This document shows, in pieces, positions 56,581-64,000 of a DNA stretch of 64,000 bases. Source of the DNA: Candidatus Lustribacter sp. (GTDB taxonomy: Bacteria > Vulcanimicrobiota > Vulcanimicrobiia > Vulcanimicrobiales > Vulcanimicrobiaceae). The notes under the pieces are model-generated. The model searched no databases. It worked only from the letters and a program-made list of their open reading frames with translations, and had not been told where the DNA came from. Every line of letters starts with the position of its first letter. Within the stretch, counting starts at the first letter, position 1. The position numbers and the translations under genes were made by a program. The stretch covers positions 2,016,001 through 2,080,000 of the forward strand of contig OZ255842.1 of the NCBI GenBank assembly GCA_965277805.1. Reading direction: 5' to 3'.

Positions 56581-57489
56581 CTAGTGTTTCAGCCGACCGG
56601 ATGCCGCGAAGGGGAAAATGCCCGGACGTCCGTCTGCTCCCGATTTGGGTCGTGCCAGGATATCCTCGCGCAACGCGTTCCGATCGTATGCGTGCACGCG
56701 CTCGACCGATGTCGCGTCGAGCCCCGGCAACGCTGCCCAGTCGATCTCGGCATGCGAGCGGGTCGCGCGTGACGCGATCCATTGCTCGAAGGCGAGGTAT
56801 GTTGGACGCACGTTTGCGAGGTAGTCGTCCGCTTCGGCGCGATCGACACCGAGTTCTTGAAGAATGCGTGTGTCCAGATCCTCGGACGCAAGCTCGTATG
56901 TTTGCGGCAATGCGTTCGCGGCCCGCAGGGTGGCCTTGAGCCAAAGGCGCGGCAAATGTGGAATCCCAAGTGTACCGGTGTCCAGCGGACTGATGCCGGG
57001 GACGAGTCGCTCGTCGAATCCTTCGGCGAACACTTGATGGTGAATCGCGTGCCAGTCGTCGTAATTGTTCAACATAATGGAGTTTTGCACCGACGCGTCG
57101 AGATGCAGAAACGCTTGAAATTGTTCGTTTAGCCCCGATGGCAGCGGAACGGTGAGCAGCACGGCGTTGGATCGCGCGATCGATTCGGCATGGAGGTCGC
57201 TCGCATTCGCAACGATCCATGCTTCAGCGCCGGCATAGGTGGGGAGCTCACGCGTCAGCCAATCCATACAGGAGACCTTGTCGACGCCGATGTGATCCAT
57301 CATTCGCTTGTCCAGACCTTGGGCGCCGCAGCCCCAATCGTCGGCCAAGGCGTCCTTGGCGTGCAGCAGCGCCTTCAGCCACATACGCGGCAAATGAAGC
57401 AACCCCAATGGCCCCGTCGTGTACGAGCTGATAACGGGCACTCGCTTGCCTGCCGCTACCGTACTCCCCCGGTAGGGAGGCTGAGACAT
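56581..57489 (-). CDS. Tandem DUF5069-like domain protein
   Basis: Internal repeat VPVISS..TGPLGLLHLPRMWLK...PTY / VPGISP..TGTLGIPHLPRLWLK...PTY. Confidence 0.75.
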   Translation of the reverse strand: MSQPPYRGSTVAAGKRVPVISSYTTGPLGLLHLPRMWLKALLHAKDALADDWGCGAQGLDKRMMDHIGVDKVSCMDWLTRELPTYAGAEAWIVANASDLHAESIARSNAVLLTVPLPSGLNEQFQAFLHLDASVQNSIMLNNYDDWHAIHHQVFAEGFDERLVPGISPLDTGTLGIPHLPRLWLKATLRAANALPQTYELASEDLDTRILQELGVDRAEADDYLANVRPTYLAFEQWIASRATRSHAEIDWAALPGLDATSVERVHAYDRNALREDILARPKSGADGRPGIFPFAASGRLKH

Positions 57490-57540
57490 ATCGACCACTT
57501 CGAACCTCCAGCCACTTGATCTGGCCAGAAGGTTTTTTAT

Positions 57541-57556
57541 TACGTAATCGATTATC
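57541..57556. promoter_or_regulatory. Operator variant TACGTAATCGATTATC
   Basis: 12/14 match to the palindrome, between divergent genes. Confidence 0.7.
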
Positions 57557-57567
57557 CTTTGCGTAAC

Positions 57568-58752
57568 ATGTTGCAAAAACGCAAATTCCTGGCCAGCTTT
57601 GCCCTCGCGCTCGCCGTCATCGGGGGCCTATCTGCCCAGGCCCCGCCGGCTGCACCCTACGATTTGCACGTCATTTTGCCGTTGACCGGCGGCGGAGCGT
57701 TTAACGGCCAGGCCGACCGCGATACCTTCGAAATCCTGGCGCAAATGGTCAACGCGTCAGGGGGGATCAAGGGCCGCCCGGTTCACTTCGTGTACCACGA
57801 CGATCAGACGAGTCCGCAGGTCGCCGTGCAACTGACGAACGACATTCTCGCGCTGCATCCGGCTGCAATCTTAGGATCGAGCCTCGTCGGGATGTGCGCC
57901 GCAATGGCGCCGCTGTTGAAAAGCGGTCCCGTTGACTACTGCCTATCGCCCGCGCTCCCAAATACGGAAAAGTTCACCTTTTCGGCGGGAACCTCGCCGA
58001 ACGACGACACCTGGGCCAACCTCCGCTACTTCCGGGCGAAAGGCTGGACGAAGATCGCAACGATAAGCAGCACCGACGCTTCAGGACAGGGATTCGATCG
58101 CTCTCTGCCCCCGATACTCGCGCTCCCGGAAAACAAGGACGTTACCGTCGTCGATCGTGAGACGTTCAATCCCAGCGATATCAGTGTCGCGGCCCAAAGT
58201 GCACATCTGAAGGCATCCGGCGCTCAGGCCATCCTGGTCGGTGCGACCGGGGCGCCGGTTGCGACGGTGCTGCGAAGCCTCTACGAAGCGGGAATCGACA
58301 AGCCGATTGCAATCACCGCGGGCAACGAGCTGTTCGCGCTCATGCGTCAATGGAAGGACTTTCTGCCCAAGAACCTCGTGCTGGAGTCATCCGCGTTTCC
58401 CGAACATCAGGGGCTCTGGAAATTCGACGCTCGAGTCGAGGCGGCCCAACACGCGATGTACGCGGAGCTTGCGAAGCATGGTATGAAAGCCGACAACGGC
58501 ATAGCGACTTCGTGGGACGCGGGTCTTATCGTTATCGACGCCCTCAAAGCCTTAGGACCTGACGCCACCGCCGATCAAGTTCGGAGTTACATCCTCAACC
58601 TCGCGGATTTTCCCGGCATCGACGGCATGTATAACTTCAAGGCCCACCCGGACCGAGGTCTCGGAGTCGAGAGCGCGATCATGGTGCGTTATGACGCCAA
58701 AACTAACGCCTGGATATGGCTCACGCAACCGGGCGGCGCTCCGCTAAAATAG
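57568..58752 (+). CDS. ABC substrate-binding protein, LivJ-like
   Basis: PLTGGGAFNG, NASGGIKGRP, DDQTSP, GPVDYCLSP. Confidence 0.9.
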   Translation: MLQKRKFLASFALALAVIGGLSAQAPPAAPYDLHVILPLTGGGAFNGQADRDTFEILAQMVNASGGIKGRPVHFVYHDDQTSPQVAVQLTNDILALHPAAILGSSLVGMCAAMAPLLKSGPVDYCLSPALPNTEKFTFSAGTSPNDDTWANLRYFRAKGWTKIATISSTDASGQGFDRSLPPILALPENKDVTVVDRETFNPSDISVAAQSAHLKASGAQAILVGATGAPVATVLRSLYEAGIDKPIAITAGNELFALMRQWKDFLPKNLVLESSAFPEHQGLWKFDARVEAAQHAMYAELAKHGMKADNGIATSWDAGLIVIDALKALGPDATADQVRSYILNLADFPGIDGMYNFKAHPDRGLGVESAIMVRYDAKTNAWIWLTQPGGAPLK

Positions 58753-58841
58753 CACGCCGCGCGCGAACGTCACAGACCAGAATCGCGACAGCCGCCCTTA
58801 GCCGGCGATCTCCGAACTAGCAGCGATCGGCACCGGCCCGC

Positions 58842-58866
58842 GTCATTCCGAGCTTGTCGAGGAACC
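58842..58866. repeat. REP-like dispersed repeat, copy 3
   Basis: GTCATTCCGAGCTTGTCGAGGAACC between convergent genes. Confidence 0.6.
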
Positions 58867-58899
58867 GCAACCATCGGCGGCGCGCAATTCGCACGTCGC

Positions 58900-59456
58900 C
58901 AAGACCGAACACCGAGATCGGTCGCCTGCGCAGCCTTCGGTAGGATCCCGAACTTGCGCAACATCCAGTGCCGGCTGAATATCGGCGACGCGCAGTTGGT
59001 CTGCGAAGGGGCATCGTACCATCCCGCGGATGATATCGACGTCCGTCTTTGCATATTTCGCGAGGATTAGGGCCGACTCGTCGTGGTGCGCACTCGCCCA
59101 GGCCTGCGCTTCTGCGATCGCGCTTTGGAATCGCTTGACGATACCAGGGTTCTGCTGCAGAAAGGGCCGGGGTTGAGAACCAAATCGCCGACAGAATTTG
59201 CGGCGCGATCGCTTGGGTAGGGTCAGCGAGGAGACGGAGATTGCCACTAAGGCTGAATATCGACCTCTAAACCAGCCTTTGCAAAGAACCCCATGTCCTT
59301 TGCGTAGAAAACCTGAGCGCTGTTTTTGAGCGGGATCGCGCCGATACGCAGAACGGGGATTGTCTGCGCGTGAAGCGGGGCCGTGCTTCCGAGCCCGATG
59401 ACTACCGCGAGCGTGGCTGCAAGTTTTCGGACATGATCGAGCATAATGAACCTCAT
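58900..59456 (-). pseudogene. SsuA-type substrate-binding protein pseudogene (internal deletion plus frameshifts)
   Basis: N-terminus ...FYAKDMGFFAKAGLEVDIQP* jumps to LRLLADPTQAIAPQILSAIWFST / FLQQNPG...IQPALDVA / KFGILPK; 3' boundary approximate. Confidence 0.8.
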
Positions 59457-60423
59457 GGTGACCCTTTCGCCCCGACCATAATCATCTGGGCCGGGAAATC
59501 CGGGAACGGCATGTACTTCGCAGCGACATCGATTTGTGGTTGGACGTCTCGGCGGTCATCGTGTCGGCAAAATGGACGCGAACCATGGTTGCGACTGCCG
59601 CCGGGTCAGCGAGCAAATACTTGACGAGAATGCCCGCCGAGGCCGCACGATTGGAAGGATCGTTCGCCCATATGGCCGTCCGCCGCATGACGGCTGCAAA
59701 GCGTTGGACGAGGGCGGGGTGATCGCGCGCCCAGTCCGACGTAGAGAACCAGCCGGCAATAAGAAACCTACTCGCTAATGCGTCATCCTGATAACCCAAA
59801 AATCGTCCGACTTTTTTCCCTTCGCTGAGGAATGGTTCGTTCAGGGACGCCGCATCGATCCGGCCGCCTCGCAGCGCTTCAACCATCGCCGGATACGGCA
59901 GCTCTACAAACTTGACCGTTGTTGCATCGCCACCGTTGCGATCGATCCAGGCTCGGACGGCGTAGTCACCCAGTGTTCCAAGACCGGCGATCCCGACGGT
60001 CTTTCCGTTGAGATCCTTACCCGTCCGAATGGTCGACCTCGCCGCAACGTAGAGAGCACTGTTGCGCGCTTCCGGAGTCCACTCGCCGCCTGGGGCGACC
60101 AGCACGAACGGGAAGTGTTTTGTGTGCGCGATTGCTAACGGAACGATGCTCGCGAAGCCGATATCTGCTGCGCCCGATGTGACGGCGGAGGAAATCGCGC
60201 TTCCGCTCTGCACGGATTGAACGTCCACATCGAGGCCGGCCTGCGCGAAGAAGCCGAGTTCCTTGGCGTAATACACCTCCGCTCCGTTTTCAATGGGCGT
60301 CGTCATCACCCGAAGCGAGATAAGTCCCTCGCCCCGGACGCTGTAGCCGGTGAACCCTAGGTCGGTAATCAACACGAGCACGGCAGCACATACCGTCATG
60401 AAATGACGACGCATAGTGTTCAC
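59453..60423 (-). CDS. SsuA-type substrate-binding protein with a frameshift near the C-terminus
   Basis: YYAKELGFF, KDLNGKTV, IDAASLNEPF; a shift near 59550 restores DVQPQIDVAAKY...* with an ATGA overlap on the next gene. Confidence 0.82.
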
Positions 60424-61601
60424 TTTTCGAGCGGATCGCGTACTTGCGGATAGGTGGCAATTTCGGTGTTGACGTAGCCGCTACCGGCTTTGTCCGTGCG
60501 TTCGATATAGATATTCTGTGTGCAATCGCGCGTCTGCGAATCGATTTGAATCGGGCCGCGCGGGCTCTGGAGTTTGAGGCCCTTCAGGAGCGCCATCGTT
60601 TTGTCGGGATCGACGCTGCCGTTTTGTTTGGCGGTGACCGCATAGATGGCTTGCATCACGTCGTAGGTCGCAACGGTGAAGAAGTCGGCCACGCCGGCGT
60701 TCGGGTCCGCCGCGTGCATGTCGCGCTTGAACGCGTCGTTGACCGGCGACTTATGATCGAGCACATAGTTGGTCGCGGCCACGATCCCGACCGCGGCGTC
60801 GCCGAGGGCCGGCAAGCTGCTTTCCTTCACCAAATCGCCGGTGGCGAGGATCTTGATCCCGGTCTGCGGACCGCCACCCGAGTACCATGCCTTCATGAAC
60901 GGCACGCCGGACACGGTGAGAAACGCGAATACCGCTTGTGGTTTTGCATCGCGGATGCGCTGGATGTAGGCCGCAAAGTCCTTCGAGCCAACCGGCACGT
61001 GCTCTTCACCCACGACCTTGCCGCCCTTAGCTTCGAACGCGGAGCGGAACGTATTGGCCGCGTCGATGCCGGAGCTGAAGTCCGTGACGATGACGTACAC
61101 GCTCTTGATCTTCCGTTTGGCGGCCCAATCGGCGAGCGGATAGGTTTCCTGGCCCGTCGTGAAGCTGAAGCGCGCAAAGTACGGGTTGGGTTCAAGCACG
61201 CCATAGGCACCGGCGTTGACGAGCAGCGTTGGCTTTTTGGCTTGGGTCGAGATTTGGCCCGCCGCCATGGCGTTGGGCGAAAGCGTCAATCCCATTAGGT
61301 AGTCGATGCGGTCGCTCACGATCAGATCCTGCGCCAGGCGCCGGGCATTCTCGGGCGAGAGGCCGCCGTCGTCGCGTTTGATGATCTGCACCTTACGGCC
61401 GGCGACCAAATCCCCGTGCTCCTTGAAGAACGCGGCGATCGCGGCGTCGGTGTCGCGGTTCTGATCCGCATACGGTCCCGAAAACGACGCCAGGAAGCCG
61501 ATCTTGAGCGGCGGCTGGTCGGCCGAAACCGTATTCTGGACTAGACAACCGGCCAGGCCCATGGCGAGCGCGGCGCAGCGGGCAACGGGGGCAATACGCA
61601 T
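60420..61601 (-). CDS. ABC substrate-binding protein, branched-chain/aromatic-acid type
   Basis: LKIGFLASFSGP, VAGRKVQIIKRDD, SPRGPIQID..TRD. Confidence 0.92.
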   Translation of the reverse strand: MRIAPVARCAALAMGLAGCLVQNTVSADQPPLKIGFLASFSGPYADQNRDTDAAIAAFFKEHGDLVAGRKVQIIKRDDGGLSPENARRLAQDLIVSDRIDYLMGLTLSPNAMAAGQISTQAKKPTLLVNAGAYGVLEPNPYFARFSFTTGQETYPLADWAAKRKIKSVYVIVTDFSSGIDAANTFRSAFEAKGGKVVGEEHVPVGSKDFAAYIQRIRDAKPQAVFAFLTVSGVPFMKAWYSGGGPQTGIKILATGDLVKESSLPALGDAAVGIVAATNYVLDHKSPVNDAFKRDMHAADPNAGVADFFTVATYDVMQAIYAVTAKQNGSVDPDKTMALLKGLKLQSPRGPIQIDSQTRDCTQNIYIERTDKAGSGYVNTEIATYPQVRDPLEK

Positions 61602-61614
61602 AGTCTCTCCATCA

Positions 61615-61643
61615 ACTCAAAGTCGAAAAATTTGACGTTGAGT
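61615..61643. promoter_or_regulatory. Inverted repeat, putative operator
   Basis: ACTCAAAGTCGAA-AAA-TTTGACGTTGAGT (11/13 complementary) in a divergent promoter region. Confidence 0.5.
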
Positions 61644-61677
61644 AGGAATTGCTGCCGGTGGCTCGAAGTTTCCTCCC

Positions 61678-62895
61678 ATGCAATCCCAGGTGACGGCCGG
61701 ATTTCGCAACGCCGAGTGGACGTTGCAGGCGCTCCCCTCGGGCACGATCGTCGGAGTTTATCCGCTTCGCACCGCCGACGGAGCAGCCACCAATGGCTTC
61801 CTTTACCGCCGCGGCGACCCGCGGGCGGTCGTTTGCATCATGCATCCGCGGGAGTTCCTGGCAACGCATTACATGATTCCGCCGTTGATCGAGGCCGGCT
61901 ACGGCGTCTTCACGCAAACGCCGCGAGCGGTCGGCACCGATCTGCGGCTCGAACATGAAGTAGCGCTGCTGGACGTCGCCGCGGGCCTGACGTTTTTGCG
62001 TGACTCCGGCTTCGAGCGCATCGCGCTGTTGGGGAATTCCGGCGGTTCGGGCCTGTACTGCCTCTACAACCAGCAGTCACTGCTCGCGCCCAACGACCGC
62101 CTCACGCGCACCCCCGGCGGAAGGCCCATCGACGTAACCGCGCTGGACATGCCGGTGGCCGATGCAATCGTACTGCTCTCGCCGCACCCGGGCCAGGGCA
62201 CACTTTTGATGAACGCCATCGACCCGTCGGTGGCCGACGAGCAGGACCCGTTTTCGGTCGACCCAACGCTCGACCCGTTTGCCGAACGCAACGGCTTCCA
62301 AGAAGAAGAGACGCGCTACGCGCCAGACTTCGTCGAGCGCTACCGCGTCGCGCAGCGCGAACGCGTGCGCGCCCTGGACGTGCTCGCCTTCACACGCATG
62401 GCGGAACGAGTCGACGCCAAACGCCGCGGCGACCGGGCCCGCGCCGCCTTCCAGAGCATCATGACGGTTTGGCGCACGGATGCCGACCTGCGCTGTTGGG
62501 ATCTCTCGCTCGATTCCTCGGAGCGCGCGTACGGCTCGCTGTGGGGACGCGATCCGTATAAATCGAATTACGGCGCAATCGGCTTCGCGCGGCTGTGCAC
62601 ACCGGAAAGCTGGCTCTCGACGTGGTCGGGGCTTAGTTCGAACGCTGCCCTCAGCAAAACCGCGCCGTCGATCACGCAACCGACGCTGATGGTCACCTAC
62701 ACCGGCGACCAAACGCTGTTCCCGAGCGACGCCGAAGCGATCTTCACCGCGATCGGTGCGAGCGACAAGTCACGCGCGTCGTTCCGCGGCGACCACCATG
62801 GGCGGCCGATTCACAAGGGCGATGCCAACGACGGCCGCCAACGCGCCGGCGAACACATCGGCGCGTGGCTGCACGCCCACTGTGCGGTATCATGA
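61678..62895 (+). CDS. Alpha/beta hydrolase-fold protein
   Basis: GNSGGS nucleophile elbow, WLSTWS, YTGD, GDHHG. Confidence 0.82.
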   Translation: MQSQVTAGFRNAEWTLQALPSGTIVGVYPLRTADGAATNGFLYRRGDPRAVVCIMHPREFLATHYMIPPLIEAGYGVFTQTPRAVGTDLRLEHEVALLDVAAGLTFLRDSGFERIALLGNSGGSGLYCLYNQQSLLAPNDRLTRTPGGRPIDVTALDMPVADAIVLLSPHPGQGTLLMNAIDPSVADEQDPFSVDPTLDPFAERNGFQEEETRYAPDFVERYRVAQRERVRALDVLAFTRMAERVDAKRRGDRARAAFQSIMTVWRTDADLRCWDLSLDSSERAYGSLWGRDPYKSNYGAIGFARLCTPESWLSTWSGLSSNAALSKTAPSITQPTLMVTYTGDQTLFPSDAEAIFTAIGASDKSRASFRGDHHGRPIHKGDANDGRQRAGEHIGAWLHAHCAVS

Positions 62896-64000
62896 ACGGC
62901 CCGATGAAGATCCGCATCCTTGGCGCCGGCCCGGCCGGCTTGTGGCTGGCGCGCTCGCTCAAACGCATCTCGCCCGCGTTCGACGTGGCGATTTACGAGC
63001 AGAACGCGGCCAATGCGACCTACGGCTTCGGCGTCGTATTCTCATCGACGGCGCTCGACTTTCTGCAACAAAGCGATCCCGATGCGCTCGCAGTACTGAA
63101 GGCACCGATGCAGATCTGGGACGGCATGACGATCACGCACCGCGACGTAGCCGTGCCGATCGATGGCGGTGGCTTCGCCGGGATCGAACGCATCGCGCTC
63201 TTGCAGACGCTGCAGCGGCTGTGTGAAGCCTCCGGCGTGCGCATCACGTACGAGCGGCGCATCGAGCGGCTCGACGAATTCGACGGCGCCGACCTGGTCG
63301 TTGCCGCGGACGGAACGAACTCCGTCGTGCGGGCCGCTCTGGGCGCCTTCGACACCCATCGCTCCGAACTGGGCAACCGCTTCTGCTGGTACGGGACGAA
63401 AACGCCGTTCGCGACCCATGCGCTGACGTTCAAAAGCGCGCACGGCGGCCACTTCGTTGCGCACCACTACCGCTTTCGGCCAGATAAGAGTACCTTTCTC
63501 GTGGAGTGCGATGAAGCGACCTGGGAGCGCGTTCTCGCACCGATGGATGACGCCGAGCGCAAGTCGCTTTCCGAGCGCGTGTTCGCCGGCGAACTCGACG
63601 GTAGACCGCTGATCGAGAACAACTCGGTCTGGCGACGCTTTCCGGTCGTCTTTTCCGACCGCTGGTCGGTCGGAAAATACGTGCTCGTCGGGGACGCCCT
63701 GCGCAGTGCGCACTACTCAATCGGCTCCGGTACACGGCTTGCGATTGACGACGCCATTGCGCTGGCCGGCGCCATCGCCGAGGCGCCCGACGTTCCCGCC
63801 GCGCTCGCGCTCTATGAAGCGCGCCGCCGGCCCGCCGTCGCTCGTTTCAGCGACGCAGCGCGGCGCAGCTATCAATGGTACGAGCGTTTCCCCGAAAAGA
63901 TGGCGCTCGCGCCGATAGAGCTGGTGCACGACTTCATGATGCGCACAGGCCGGGTTGACGAGACGCGCTTGCGCAACGAATCGCCGCAATTCATGCACGG
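62892..64000 (+). CDS. FAD-dependent monooxygenase (salicyloyl-/anthraniloyl-CoA hydroxylase N-domain-like), runs off the window
   Basis: Manual translation: MKIRILGAGPAGL...EQNAANATYGFGVVFS...ADGTNS...GDALRSAHYSIGSGTRLA. Confidence 0.9.
   Translation, partial: MNGPMKIRILGAGPAGLWLARSLKRISPAFDVAIYEQNAANATYGFGVVFSSTALDFLQQSDPDALAVLKAPMQIWDGMTITHRDVAVPIDGGGFAGIERIALLQTLQRLCEASGVRITYERRIERLDEFDGADLVVAADGTNSVVRAALGAFDTHRSELGNRFCWYGTKTPFATHALTFKSAHGGHFVAHHYRFRPDKSTFLVECDEATWERVLAPMDDAERKSLSERVFAGELDGRPLIENNSVWRRFPVVFSDRWSVGKYVLVGDALRSAHYSIGSGTRLAIDDAIALAGAIAEAPDVPAALALYEARRRPAVARFSDAARRSYQWYERFPEKMALAPIELVHDFMMRTGRVDETRLRNESPQFMH

Noticed and set aside
56543-57220. Apparent long N-terminal extension of the Rieske protein (574-aa ORF)
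   Set aside because: Overlaps the DUF5069-like gene in another frame; the family start (KNAWYVA) and an RBS are at 56542

Overview
High-GC bacterial chromosomal segment from a diderm (it encodes a TonB-dependent outer-membrane receptor). The gene style suggests Eremiobacterota/Vulcanimicrobiota, but that is inference. There are three blocks. (1) 1-16.1 kb: an ABC-F ATPase, an MFS exporter, two NitT/TauT-type ABC modules each paired with an isochorismatase-family hydrolase, a TPP enzyme, a class II aldolase/decarboxylase and small stress genes. (2) 16.1-26.1 kb: a signalling block whose first ~2.4 kb is visibly more AT-rich. It holds HD-GYP and LuxR genes, a structured non-coding stretch, a TonB receptor, Cys-rich microproteins, a SpoIIE/GAF/anti-sigma partner-switching set and a frameshifted photoactive-yellow-protein homolog. 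(3) 26.1-64 kb: a large aromatic/heteroaromatic catabolic island with 3 Rieske oxygenases, 4 flavin monooxygenases, a GMC oxidase, a Mo-hydroxylase large subunit, a VOC dioxygenase, 4 amidohydrolase_2 enzymes, a CoA transferase, a CitE-like lyase, FAH and many orphan solute-binding proteins. The best-supported new signal is a palindromic operator, CGTAATCGATTACG, full or partial in five divergent promoter regions around an HmgR-like IclR gene, which defines a putative island-wide regulon. No rRNA, tRNA, CRISPR, integrase or transposase was recognised.
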